The notes under the pieces were generated by a model. The model searched no databases, was not told the origin of the DNA, and was given only the letters and a program-made list of their open reading frames with translations. From Spirochaetia bacterium (GTDB lineage: Bacteria; Spirochaetota; Spirochaetia; SZUA-6; Bin103), in assembly GCA_965198005.1 (NCBI GenBank), contig CBDAOI010000001.1:246332-310331 (forward strand): DNA of 64,000 nucleotides. Direction: 5' to 3'. The translations under genes and the position numbers were made by a program. Shown piece by piece: positions 28,152 to 40,419 of the stretch. Every line of letters begins with the position of its first letter. Positions within the stretch are counted from its first letter, which is position 1.

Positions 28152-30326
28152 ATGGTGCGGGCCGTGGCGGGCGGGTCCAGCGGGTGGGGATCGCGGGGCG
28201 TCGGCGACGGCCTCAACCCGGAGCAGGAGCGGGCCGCCGCCAGCCTGCATGGGCCGGTAATGGTGCTGGCGGGGGCGGGGTCGGGCAAGACGCGGGTGAT
28301 TACCGCCCGCCTTTCCCGCCTGCTCGCAGCCGGGGTGGAGCCGGCCGCGATCGTCGCGCTCACCTTCACCAACAAGGCCGCGGCCGAGATGCGTCGGCGT
28401 GCCGGCATCGACCGGACGGGGGCGCGCGCCGTCCGCCGCGGCCGCGGCGGCCCCACCGTGTGCACGTTTCACGCCTTCGGCTTGCAGGTGGTGCGCCGGT
28501 ACGCCGCGGCGCTCGGGTTCGGCGCCGGGGCCGGCGCCCGCCTGACCGTGTACGATCAGCACGACAGCGCCCAGCTCCTGCGCGAAGTGGCCGCCGAGCT
28601 GCGCCTGGACGGGGACTCGGCGGGCGGCGACCCCGCCCACCTGCAGCGGCTGGTGTCGGCCGTGCGCATGGGCGACGCCGCCGCCGGCGCCCGCCTCGGC
28701 CCCGGGGTCGACCGGCTCATCGCCCGCTACCGCCAGCGGTTGCTGCTGCATCGCGCGGTGGACTTCGACGACCTGATCCTGCTGCCGCTGGAGTTGCTGC
28801 GCGGCGAGCACGGCGCCGCGCTCCGCGCCCGCCACACCCACCTGCTGGTCGACGAGTTCCAGGACACCTCGACCCGGCAGTACCAGGTGCTGCACGCGCT
28901 CACCGCCACCAGCCGCAACGTGTGCGTGGTGGGCGACGACGATCAGTCGATCTACTCCTGGCGCGGCGCCGACGCCACCAACTTCGAGCGCTTCAGCCGC
29001 GATTTCCCCGAACGGCTGGAAATCAAGCTGGAGCAGAACTATCGCTCGACCGGGACGATCCTGAACCTCGCCAATGCCATCATCGGCCACAATCGGGCGC
29101 GCCGGCCGAAGCGGCTGTGGAGCGCCGGGGGCGCCGGCGCGCCGGTGACCGTGGCCCATCCGGCGGACGAGACCGACGAGGCGGAGTGGATTGCCGGACA
29201 GATTCGAACGCTGGCGGTACGCGCGCGGCTGCGCTACGCGGACTGCGGCGTGCTGGTGCGGGCCAACAGCCTCATGCGCGCGGTCGAGGAGGCGTTCCTG
29301 CGTGAGCGCATCCCCTACCAGGTGTCCGGCGGCGTGAGCTTCTTCACCAGGCGGGAGGTGCGCGACCTGATCGCGTACCTGCGCGTGCTGGCCAACCCCG
29401 ACGACGACGTCAGCCTGCGGCGCATCCTGAACGTGCCCCGGCGCGGGCTGGGTGCGGCGGCCCTGGAGCGGGTCACGGGCATCGCCGGCGCGCGCCGCTG
29501 CTCGCTGTACGGCGCGCTGGCTGCGCTCCGGGCCGGCGCGGTGGAGCCCGACGGCGCCGCCGGTGATGCCCGGCAGCGGGCCGCGGTGGGAGAGCTGGTG
29601 GAGCTGCTGGACGAGTTCGGCGGGCGCATGCGCGCCGCCGCGGCGCGACCCGGGGCCGCGCGTGGGGCGCGCACGCCGGGGATGGCGGCGGTGCTGGCCG
29701 AGCTGGTGGAGGCGGTCGGTTACCGCGACCACCTGGTGGGCACGGAGCGCGCGGAGGTGGTGCGCTGGAAGCTGGGCAACGTCGATTCCCTGGTCGGCTC
29801 GCTGGCCGACTTCGAGGAGCGGTCCGGCGCCAATGGGCATGGCCCGCCGGCGCTGGTCGACTATCTGGCGCGCACCGCGCTGGTGAACCGCGACGACGAC
29901 ACGCCGGGCGACGCGGACGACGCCCGCGGCCGGGTCTGGCTGATGACCGTGCATGCCGCCAAGGGGCTCGAATTCGACACTACCTTCATTGCCGGCGCCG
30001 ACGACGGGCAGATTCCCCACGCACGCTCGCTGGCGGAGAACGAGGCCAACCTCGAGGAGGAGCGGCGGCTGTTTTACGTCGCCGTGACCCGCGCCCGGCG
30101 CCGGCTGTTCATCACCATCCCGGCCTCCCGCGGCCGCCGGTGGGCCGCCGGAACCCGCCCCACCGAGCACCCCACCCTGCCGTCCCGCTTCCTGACCGAG
30201 TTGCCACCCGACCTGGTGCTGGACGTGGGCGACGGCGCCAGGGACGCGGACGCGGAGGAACTCACCCCGGATGAGGCCAGCGCGCTGTTTCGCGACCTGA
30301 AACGGCGGCTGGGGGCGGCCCGATGA
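28152..30326 (+). CDS. UvrD/PcrA/Rep-family SF1 DNA helicase
   Basis: AGAGSGKT, VDEFQD, VGDDDQSIY, LEQNYRST, HAAKGLEF, EERRLFYVAVTRA. Confidence 0.95.
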   Translation: MVRAVAGGSSGWGSRGVGDGLNPEQERAAASLHGPVMVLAGAGSGKTRVITARLSRLLAAGVEPAAIVALTFTNKAAAEMRRRAGIDRTGARAVRRGRGGPTVCTFHAFGLQVVRRYAAALGFGAGAGARLTVYDQHDSAQLLREVAAELRLDGDSAGGDPAHLQRLVSAVRMGDAAAGARLGPGVDRLIARYRQRLLLHRAVDFDDLILLPLELLRGEHGAALRARHTHLLVDEFQDTSTRQYQVLHALTATSRNVCVVGDDDQSIYSWRGADATNFERFSRDFPERLEIKLEQNYRSTGTILNLANAIIGHNRARRPKRLWSAGGAGAPVTVAHPADETDEAEWIAGQIRTLAVRARLRYADCGVLVRANSLMRAVEEAFLRERIPYQVSGGVSFFTRREVRDLIAYLRVLANPDDDVSLRRILNVPRRGLGAAALERVTGIAGARRCSLYGALAALRAGAVEPDGAAGDARQRAAVGELVELLDEFGGRMRAAAARPGAARGARTPGMAAVLAELVEAVGYRDHLVGTERAEVVRWKLGNVDSLVGSLADFEERSGANGHGPPALVDYLARTALVNRDDDTPGDADDARGRVWLMTVHAAKGLEFDTTFIAGADDGQIPHARSLAENEANLEEERRLFYVAVTRARRRLFITIPASRGRRWAAGTRPTEHPTLPSRFLTELPPDLVLDVGDGARDADAEELTPDEASALFRDLKRRLGAAR

Positions 30327-31309
30327 CGCGCCGCGACCGGCGCATCCGGAGCCTGCGGCACGGGCTGTTGGCGGTCGGCACGATGCTGGTGGCCGTGGCC
30401 GGCAGCCTGGCGCTGGCCGGCTGCCGCTCGGTAGGCGGCATGGACGGCGCCGGCGGCGCCGCCCTCCCCGTGCCGGCAGCGCCCGTGCGCGGGATCGACG
30501 CGCCGTGGCGGGTCGGCATCCAGATCGGTCACCTCGACGGGGCCGATGCACCGGACGAACTGTCCCACCTGCGCAGCTCGACCGGGGCGTACGCCGCCGG
30601 CGTGGCGGAAGTCGAGGTCAACCGGGACATCGCCGCGCGCGCGGCGGCGCTGCTGGAGCAGCACGGCATCGAGGTGGTGCTGCTGCCGGCGACCGTCCCG
30701 CCTCGGTTCACGGCCGATGCGTTCGTCGCGCTGCACGCCGACGGCAACCCCAGTTCGGCGCCGCGCGGCTTCAAGGTGGCCCCGCCCTGGCGGGCGTCGC
30801 CGACATCGCGCCGCCTGGTCGCGGCGCTCCACACCCACTACGGGCGCGCCACCGGGCTGCCGCACGACCTGAACGGGGTCTCCTTCAACATGCGCGGCTA
30901 CTACGCGTTCAGCGGCTTCCGCTACCGGCACTCGATCGCGTTCACCACGCCGGCCGCGATTCTGGAGATGGGCTACGTGACCAACCCGGAGGACCGTGCC
31001 TTTCTGCTCGCGCACCCGGACGTGGCCGCCGCCGGCATCGCCGCCGGGGTGCGCGCGTTCCTGGCCGAGCGCAATCCGCTGGATCCGATCGCGCTGTATC
31101 CGCCGGATCCCGTCCTGCTGCTGCCGGTCCGCCGCGACCTGCCGGTGTATGCCGCGCGCGACCCGGCGGCGGCGGTGCGCGTGCGACTGAAGCCGACCGA
31201 CTTCGTGGTCGGGCTCGACCTGGTGGATGGCTGGTACGACGTGCGCGTACGCGGCAGCTACCGCAGTTTCGGCTGGGTGCGCCAGGAGCATCTGGTCCGC
31301 CTCCGTTGA
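30323..31309 (+). CDS. N-acetylmuramoyl-L-alanine amidase (Amidase_3), probable lipoprotein with SH3-like C-terminus
   Basis: LAGC lipobox, QIGH, ALHADG, LEMGY; GWY..FGWV tail. Confidence 0.8.
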   Translation: MTRRDRRIRSLRHGLLAVGTMLVAVAGSLALAGCRSVGGMDGAGGAALPVPAAPVRGIDAPWRVGIQIGHLDGADAPDELSHLRSSTGAYAAGVAEVEVNRDIAARAAALLEQHGIEVVLLPATVPPRFTADAFVALHADGNPSSAPRGFKVAPPWRASPTSRRLVAALHTHYGRATGLPHDLNGVSFNMRGYYAFSGFRYRHSIAFTTPAAILEMGYVTNPEDRAFLLAHPDVAAAGIAAGVRAFLAERNPLDPIALYPPDPVLLLPVRRDLPVYAARDPAAAVRVRLKPTDFVVGLDLVDGWYDVRVRGSYRSFGWVRQEHLVRLR

Positions 31310-31319
31310 GGCGGCGGGC

Positions 31320-33989
<2,670 letters not shown>

Positions 33990-34068
33990 GCGGTAACCTA
34001 GAGAGAATGTCCGCGCCGTGTCAAACCCAACGGCGCCACGCGAACGGCTACGAACGGTCAGGCCTCGT

Positions 34069-34971
34069 TCAGGCCGAGACCGCGAACGCCTCCAGGTAGC
34101 GGCTGCGCGAGGGATGGCGCAGCCGGCGCAGCGCCTTCTTCTCGATCTGGCGGATGCGCTCCTTGGTGAGGCGGTAGCGGGCGCCGATCTCCTTCAGCGA
34201 CAACGGCTGCTTGCCGTTGAGCCCGAACCGACGCACGATGATGTCCGCTTCCTTCTCCGTGAGGGTCGAGAGCACGCGGTTGATCTGATCGCGCAACACG
34301 TTCTCCTCGGCATGTCCCTCGGGCGACTGGGACTTGGCGTCCACCACGAAGTCGCCGACGCTGGCCGCGTCACGATCCGGGCCGATGGGACCGTCCAGCG
34401 ACACCAGACTGCGCGAGATGCCCACCAGCGATTCCACGTGCGATTCGGGCATGTCGACTACCCGTGCCACCGCGCTCAGCTTGGGCTCGGCGGAGCGGTC
34501 GCCCTGAAGCTGCTTGCGCGCTTTCTCGATCTGCACCAGCTCGTTGGCCCGGTTCAAGGGCAGCCGGATCATCCGCGACTTCTCGCAGACCGCCTTGAGA
34601 ATCGCCTGGCGAATCCACCAGACCGCGTAGGAGATGAAGTGGTATCCCTTGGTCACGTCGAACCGCTCGACCGCGTTCATCAGCCCGATGTTGCCTTCGC
34701 TGATCAGGTCGGACAGGGGAAGGCCCTGGTTCTGGTATTTCTTGGCGACGTTCACGACGAATCGTAGATTCGCGCGTACCAGATGCTCCTTGGCGTCGGC
34801 GTCGCCGGCGCGCGCGCGGGTGGCGTAGTCCACCTCTTCCTCACGCGTCAGCAACGGAATGCGGTTGATGTCGCGCAGATACAGCGAGAGCACGCTGTTG
34901 TCGGCGTGCTCGCCGCCGGTACGGATCATCCGGCGCGTGGCCGGAGGAGTATTTCGTGTGGTCTGTGGCAT
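34069..34971 (-). CDS. Short sigma70-family factor with regions 1.2-4 and no region 1.1 (RpoS-like)
   Basis: LYLRDI, ANLRFVV, DLISEGNIGL, SYAVWWIRQ, TKERIRQIE; 300 aa. Confidence 0.9.
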   Translation of the reverse strand: MPQTTRNTPPATRRMIRTGGEHADNSVLSLYLRDINRIPLLTREEEVDYATRARAGDADAKEHLVRANLRFVVNVAKKYQNQGLPLSDLISEGNIGLMNAVERFDVTKGYHFISYAVWWIRQAILKAVCEKSRMIRLPLNRANELVQIEKARKQLQGDRSAEPKLSAVARVVDMPESHVESLVGISRSLVSLDGPIGPDRDAASVGDFVVDAKSQSPEGHAEENVLRDQINRVLSTLTEKEADIIVRRFGLNGKQPLSLKEIGARYRLTKERIRQIEKKALRRLRHPSRSRYLEAFAVSA

Positions 34972-35009
34972 TTGGAATCTTTGTCTCTCTCTATTGTCGG
35001 CACCGGTAT

Positions 35010-35025
35010 AGCAAGTTCCGTACCA
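35010..35025 (-). promoter_or_regulatory. sigma54 (-24/-12) promoter upstream of the RpoS-like sigma gene
   Basis: TGGTACGGAACTTGCT versus consensus TGGCACG-N4-TTGCW; exact GG-N10-GC spacing, 38 bp upstream of the ATG. Confidence 0.75.
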
Positions 35026-35239
35026 ACATGTCGCGCCTCGTCATTCGATTGATAAAGTATTCAAGTATAACGATTTAGCTGAATCAGTCCAGGCTTCGTT
35101 CGGGACTGCTGACGGTACGGGTGAGTCAGTAGTACCCAATGCCCGACGAAACCTCCGGAAACTGGGTCATAACGACCCGCCTGCGCTTTCCGGTCCACCT
35201 GGAAGCGATGCCGAACGCGCGCCCGGTTCGCCCTGTTCA

Positions 35240-35317
35240 CTGGTCCGACAATGTTGACCAGCAGGCGATGCCGGTGCATCGATTTCATCGTCTTGCGTGT
35301 CACGGAGTGACCGTGCC
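35240..35317. repeat. Third copy of the ~78-bp dispersed repeat
   Basis: About 59/76 identical to 7264-7339 without gaps (hand count). Confidence 0.8.
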
Positions 35318-35325
35318 GACTCGGG

Positions 35326-35355
35326 TTGACGGCAAAATCGCATCGTCAGTATATT
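35326..35355 (+). promoter_or_regulatory. sigma70-type promoter for groES
   Basis: TTGACG-N18-TATATT; no CIRCE element seen. Confidence 0.6.
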
Positions 35356-35406
35356 GCGCGCGAACCTCAACATCACCATCTATCCAATTCACAGGAGGAT
35401 CTACCG

Positions 35407-35670
35407 ATGACGATCAAGCCTCTCGGTGATCGCGTTCTGGTCAAGGTCGAAGAAGCCGACCAGAAGACCGCGGGCGGCATCTATATCCCGGATACCGCGC
35501 AGGAAAAGACCCAGAACGGGGTCGTGCTCGCAGTTGGCGACGACGAAGAGATCAAGGTGAAGGTCGACGACAAGATCATTTACGACAAGTACGCCGGAAC
35601 CAGCGTCAAGGTGGGGGACGACGAGCAGCTCATTCTCAAGGCCGCCGACATCCTCGCGGTCTATAGCTGA
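35407..35670 (+). CDS. groES: Co-chaperonin GroES, with no adjacent groEL
   Basis: IKPLGDRVLVK, GGIYIPDTAQEK, KYAGT; AGGAGG RBS. Confidence 0.97.
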   Translation: MTIKPLGDRVLVKVEEADQKTAGGIYIPDTAQEKTQNGVVLAVGDDEEIKVKVDDKIIYDKYAGTSVKVGDDEQLILKAADILAVYS

Positions 35671-35742
35671 ATCCGAGCCGCCGGCAGGACCGGCCACCGT
35701 GCCGCTCGCGGCGCTTGCAGCCTCGGTCCGGGGCCCGTCCGC

Positions 35743-38325
35743 TCAGGACGGGCTTGCTGGTGGCAACTGCCGCCGCTCATCGGAGCCGGCGCCGTCGAAG
35801 TGCGCGGCCACCCGGTCCGCCAGCTCGGCGGCGCCGGTCATCCGGATCGGGGCGTCGGGCAGTGAACGGAGAAACACCTCGCCGTAGGTGCGGCGCGCCA
35901 CGCGGGCGTCGAGAATCAGCACCACGCCGCGGTCGTCGCGGCGGCGAATCAGCCGGCCGAACCCCTGCCGTACCCGGATCGCGGCGCGCGGCAGCGTCAG
36001 CGCGGTGAACGGGTCGTCGCCGGCCGCCGCCACCCGCTCCATCTGCGCCACCGCGACCGGATGAGTGGGTACCGCGAACGGCAGCCGGCAGATCACCACC
36101 AGGCTGAGCGCCTCGCCCGGTGTATCCACGCCCTCCCAGAACGAGTCGGTGGCGAACAGCACGCTCGTCGTGTCCTCCTGAAAGCGGCTGAGCAGCAGGT
36201 GCCGGTCGCCGTCGCCCTGGCACAGTAGCTGAATGCCCGCCCGGGCCAACGGCACGTGCACCCGGCGGAAGGTGCGCTGCAGCATCCCGTAGGCGGTGAA
36301 CAATACCAGCGCGCGCCCGCCGCTGGCCTCGAGAACCCGACTAAGATACTCGCCCAGCCACTCCTCATGGTCCGCGCGGGTGGGGTCGGGGGCATCGGTG
36401 GGCACGCCTACCCACACCTGCTCCCGCCAGTCGAACGGTGACGGGAACCGCTCGGGAAAGACCGCGCGCGCCCCCTCCCCGGCGCCGCCCAGCCCGATCC
36501 GCCTGAACCAGAAGGAGAAGTCGTCCGCCACGGTCAGCGTGGCCGAGGTGAGCACCACGCTCGGGTAGCGTTCGAACACCGCCGCCCGCAGCCGCGGCGC
36601 GATCTCGACCGGCGTCACCACCAGCGCCGCGGTGGCCGCGCCGCGCCGCCGCCGGCGCGCCTCGACCCAGCGCACCAGGTCGGCATCGCCGCCGCACAAC
36701 GCCCGGCACAGCTCGGCCGCCGCGCGCATGCGACGCACCTCGACCCGCAGCTCGACCACGTCCTCCTCCTCCTGGTCGGCCGCCTCCAACCGGTCGACCA
36801 CCAGCGCCACCGCACCGGACAGCTCCAGCAGCGTGCGTGCGGCCGCGTCCAGCGTCTCCAGCACCGGTTCGGCGCGGGGGCCGGCCAGCCGCGCCGCCGA
36901 CTCCGGCCCGAGCAGGCCGAGCGCCGCGCCGTCCAGCGCCGCCGCCTGCCGCCGCAGACTCGCCACGGCGGCCACCAGCTCGCCCACCGGCGGCTCGGCC
37001 GCCGCGAACCACTCGGCGTGGCGTCCGATCAGGCCCCCGCCGAGGCCCCGGCGCCGGCCGAGGAGGCGGCCGGCGATCCGTTCCAGGGTGACCGCGGACA
37101 GCCGCGCGGAGAACAGGGACAGCGCGCTGCGCTCGATGGCGTGCGCTTCGTCGAACACTATGCGGCGAAACCCCGGCAGCACCGCGGCGCTGTCCAGGGC
37201 GCGGGCCGCGCCGCCGCCGGCCGCGTCCCGCAGCGCCAGATCGGCGAACAGCAGGTGGTGATTGACCACCAGCACGCGGGCAGCGGCGGCCTCGCGGCGC
37301 GCGCGCAGCACGAAGCACCGTTCCCGGTCGGGGCAACGCAGGGAGCCGCAGGCGTCGGCCTCGGAGCAGACCGAGTCCCAGGTCGCCGCGCTGACCGGGA
37401 ACGGCAGGTCGCTACGGGTTCCGGTGGGCGTGACCTGGGACCACTCCTGCACGGCGCGCAGCTCGCCGGCGTCCGGCAACGCGGGCCGCAGCGCGTCCGG
37501 CAGCAGCTCGGGACCGAAGTCCAGGTCCGCCGGCACGCTGCGCGCCGATGCGCCGCGCGCCGTCTCGCCGTGCGCGGCCTGCAGCCGCCGCCGGCACAGG
37601 TAGTTGCCGCGCCCCTTGACCAGACAGGTGCGGACCTCGGTCCCCAGAATGCGCTGCACCAGCGGCAGATCCTTTTCCATGAGCTGCTGCTGGAGGTTGA
37701 TGGTGGCGGTGGAGATCACCACCCGCTCGTCGTTGGCGTGCGCCCAGGTCACGGCCGGGATCAGATAGGCGAGCGACTTGCCGATGCCGGTGCCCGCCTC
37801 GGCCACCACGATCGCCTCGTCGTTGAACGCGTCGCACACCGCCTGCAGCATGGCGGTCTGGCCGGGCCGGCGCTCGTAACCGGGGTGGAGCCGCGCCAAT
37901 GGCCCGCCCGGCTGCAACGCGGCGGCCAGCGCGCGCGTGTCGAGCGGGCGGATCCGGGGCGCCGGCACCGGCTCGGTGACCACGTAGATGGCGGTCACCG
38001 CGTTGTCGACGATGCAGAACCCCTTGCCCTGGTTGCCGACGTAGGCGGCCACCTCCAGGTCGGCGGCGCTCGGCTCAAGCCGCCCGGAGGGGTGGTTGTG
38101 GAGCAGCAGGTCGGCGCCGTCGACGTAGGGCGCCAGCACCGGTACCGCGGCCCGGTTGCCGCGCGCGGCCACGGTCAGCTCCCGCACCCGGCCGTCGGGG
38201 GCCAGCACGCCCGTGCAGAACACTTCGCGCCCGCCCGCCTCGCGCACCGCGGCGCGCATGGCCGCGACCGCACCGTCGGCCAGCCACGCCGACACCTGCA
38301 GCGGCCGCCTGTGGCTTGCCTCCAT
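35743..38325 (-). CDS. DinG-family helicase with N-terminal JAB/RadC-like domain
   Basis: HNHPSG..PS..D, EAGTGIGKS, Fe-S cysteines, DEAH, SFWEGVD, QGFGRLIR. Confidence 0.9.
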   Translation of the reverse strand: MEASHRRPLQVSAWLADGAVAAMRAAVREAGGREVFCTGVLAPDGRVRELTVAARGNRAAVPVLAPYVDGADLLLHNHPSGRLEPSAADLEVAAYVGNQGKGFCIVDNAVTAIYVVTEPVPAPRIRPLDTRALAAALQPGGPLARLHPGYERRPGQTAMLQAVCDAFNDEAIVVAEAGTGIGKSLAYLIPAVTWAHANDERVVISTATINLQQQLMEKDLPLVQRILGTEVRTCLVKGRGNYLCRRRLQAAHGETARGASARSVPADLDFGPELLPDALRPALPDAGELRAVQEWSQVTPTGTRSDLPFPVSAATWDSVCSEADACGSLRCPDRERCFVLRARREAAAARVLVVNHHLLFADLALRDAAGGGAARALDSAAVLPGFRRIVFDEAHAIERSALSLFSARLSAVTLERIAGRLLGRRRGLGGGLIGRHAEWFAAAEPPVGELVAAVASLRRQAAALDGAALGLLGPESAARLAGPRAEPVLETLDAAARTLLELSGAVALVVDRLEAADQEEEDVVELRVEVRRMRAAAELCRALCGGDADLVRWVEARRRRRGAATAALVVTPVEIAPRLRAAVFERYPSVVLTSATLTVADDFSFWFRRIGLGGAGEGARAVFPERFPSPFDWREQVWVGVPTDAPDPTRADHEEWLGEYLSRVLEASGGRALVLFTAYGMLQRTFRRVHVPLARAGIQLLCQGDGDRHLLLSRFQEDTTSVLFATDSFWEGVDTPGEALSLVVICRLPFAVPTHPVAVAQMERVAAAGDDPFTALTLPRAAIRVRQGFGRLIRRRDDRGVVLILDARVARRTYGEVFLRSLPDAPIRMTGAAELADRVAAHFDGAGSDERRQLPPASPS

Positions 38326-38370
38326 GGCATGATCGTCATGCTATGGTACGGATTGTCAAGTCCGCGCCGC

Positions 38371-39207
38371 TCAGGCCGGCTCCTGCGGGTGGCTGCCGCG
38401 TTGCCGCAGCCACTCCACGGTGGCCATGAACAGCAGCGCGAACACGAACAGGAAGGTGGCCACCGCCAGAATCGCGGGGCTGATCTCCTCGCGGATGCCG
38501 GACCACATCTGGCGTGGGATGGTGCGCTGTTCCAGGCCGCCGATGAACAGCACCGTGACCACCTCGTCGAACGAAGTGGCGAACGCGAACAGCGCCCCGG
38601 AGATGACCCCGGGCGCGATCAGCGGCAACTGGATGCGCCGGAAGGCGGTGAACGGGCCGGCGCCCAGGCTGGCCGCGGCCCGCAGCAGGTTGGGGTCGAA
38701 GCCGGACAGGGTGGCGGTGACGGTGATCACCACGAACGGCGAGCCGAGGGCGGTGTGGGCCAGAATCAGCCCCAGATGGGTCTGCGCCAGCCCGGCCGCC
38801 GAGTAGAAGAAGAACATCCCCACCGCCGAGATGATCAGCGGCGTGACCAGCGGCGAGATCAACAGGCCGGTGACCACGGTCCGGCCCGGCATGGCGGGGT
38901 GCGCCAGACCGAGCGCCGCCAGGGTGCCGAGCAGGGTGGTGAGCAGCGTGGCGGCGACGCCGATGACGACGCTGTTGACCAGTGCGCGGTGCCACTCCTC
39001 GTCGCCGGCCACCCCCTGATACCAGCGTAGCGACCAGGCGTCGGGGTCGAGCCGCAGCATCCCCTCGGTGAAGGTGAAGTAGGGCTCGGCGTTGAAGCTG
39101 AGCGGCACCACCACCAGGATCGGCGCGATCAGGAACAGCAGCACCGCGCCGCAGAACGCCAGGAACAGGATTCGGCCGGCGCGCTCGCCGGCGCCGCGCG
39201 GCGGCAT
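38371..39207 (-). CDS. Polyamine-type ABC permease (PotC-like)
   Basis: AAASLGA, FATSFDEV. Confidence 0.9.
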   Translation of the reverse strand: MPPRGAGERAGRILFLAFCGAVLLFLIAPILVVVPLSFNAEPYFTFTEGMLRLDPDAWSLRWYQGVAGDEEWHRALVNSVVIGVAATLLTTLLGTLAALGLAHPAMPGRTVVTGLLISPLVTPLIISAVGMFFFYSAAGLAQTHLGLILAHTALGSPFVVITVTATLSGFDPNLLRAAASLGAGPFTAFRRIQLPLIAPGVISGALFAFATSFDEVVTVLFIGGLEQRTIPRQMWSGIREEISPAILAVATFLFVFALLFMATVEWLRQRGSHPQEPA

Positions 39208-39210
39208 CGG

Positions 39211-40419
39211 TCAGCCCAGCCGCAGCCGGCCTAGGCCGACCACGCGGTCGAAGACGACGTAGAACATCAGCACGCACAGCAGCAGGATGGCGCCCAGCGC
39301 CGCGGCCAGTCCCCAGTTCAGGGATTCCTGCATGTGGTAGGCGATCAGGTTGGAAATGAGCTGTCCGCTGCGCCCGCCGACCAGCGCCGGCGTGATGTAG
39401 TATCCAAGCGCCACAATGAACACCAGCAGCGCCCCGGCGCCGACCCCGGGCAGGGACAGCGGCCAGTAGACGCGCCAGAACGCCTGCGCCGGCCCCGCCC
39501 CCAGCGACGCGGCCGCGCGCAGATAGAGCGGCCCTATGGTGCGCATCACCGAGTACAGCGACAGCACCATGAACGGCAGCAGCACGTGGGTCATGGCAAT
39601 CAAGGTGCCGGTCATGTTGTAGACCATCGTCAGCCGCTGCTGGTCGCCGATCACGCCCAGCCCCACCAGCAGGTCGTTGATCACCCCCTGGGTCTGCAGC
39701 AGCACGATCCAGGCCGTGGTGCGCACCAGCAGCGAGGTCCAGAACGGCAGCAGCACCCCCACCAGCAGCAGGGCGGCGCGGCGCGGCGGCGCATGCGCGA
39801 TCAGGTAGGCCAGCGGATAGCCCAGCAGCAGACACAGCGCGGTGACCGCGACGCTGACCAGCAGCGTGCGGCCGAAGAGCCGCAGGTAGATGCGACGCTC
39901 CTCCGGCTGGCGCACGATGCTGCCGTCGGCCGCCCGGTCGCGGTCGAGCGCGTTCAGGTAGTGGCGCAGGGTCCAGCGCTCGCCGGCCCGCTGCAGCGCC
40001 CGCCAAGTGCCGGCCTCGCCCCAGGCCGCGTCGGCCGCCACCATGGCCGCGCGCCAGGACTCGGGTTGCGCCCCGCCCAGCCGGCGCACGCTGCGGGTGA
40101 AGACGCTGCGCAACCCCGCCTGCACCCGGTTGACGCGGGTGGCCACCTGTCCCAGCGTGCGCTGCTCGCGCGCCGCCACCAGCTCGCGCGCCGCGGCCGC
40201 GAACACCGCCTCCGGCGGCGCGCCGGTACCGTCCCAGCTCCGCAGCAGGGCCCGGGTCTCGGGCAGCGCGTCCGCGACCAGCGGGTCGTGCACGCTGCGC
40301 ACCAGCATGGCGGCCAGCGGCGTGAGGAACGTTATCCCGATGAACGCCGCCAGCGGCGCGACCAGCAGCATTGCCCGCAGCCGGGCGCCGGCCAGCGTGC
40401 CGCTCAGCGCGCCAGCCAC
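39211..40419 (-). CDS. Polyamine-type ABC permease (PotB-like)
   Basis: LPFWTSLLVRT, LPFMVL, GYYITPALVGG. Confidence 0.9.
   Translation of the reverse strand: MAGALSGTLAGARLRAMLLVAPLAAFIGITFLTPLAAMLVRSVHDPLVADALPETRALLRSWDGTGAPPEAVFAAAARELVAAREQRTLGQVATRVNRVQAGLRSVFTRSVRRLGGAQPESWRAAMVAADAAWGEAGTWRALQRAGERWTLRHYLNALDRDRAADGSIVRQPEERRIYLRLFGRTLLVSVAVTALCLLLGYPLAYLIAHAPPRRAALLLVGVLLPFWTSLLVRTTAWIVLLQTQGVINDLLVGLGVIGDQQRLTMVYNMTGTLIAMTHVLLPFMVLSLYSVMRTIGPLYLRAAASLGAGPAQAFWRVYWPLSLPGVGAGALLVFIVALGYYITPALVGGRSGQLISNLIAYHMQESLNWGLAAALGAILLLCVLMFYVVFDRVVGLGRLRLG

Noticed and set aside
35330-35406. CIRCE operator at groES
   Set aside because: TTAGCACTC-N9-GAGTGCTAA is absent
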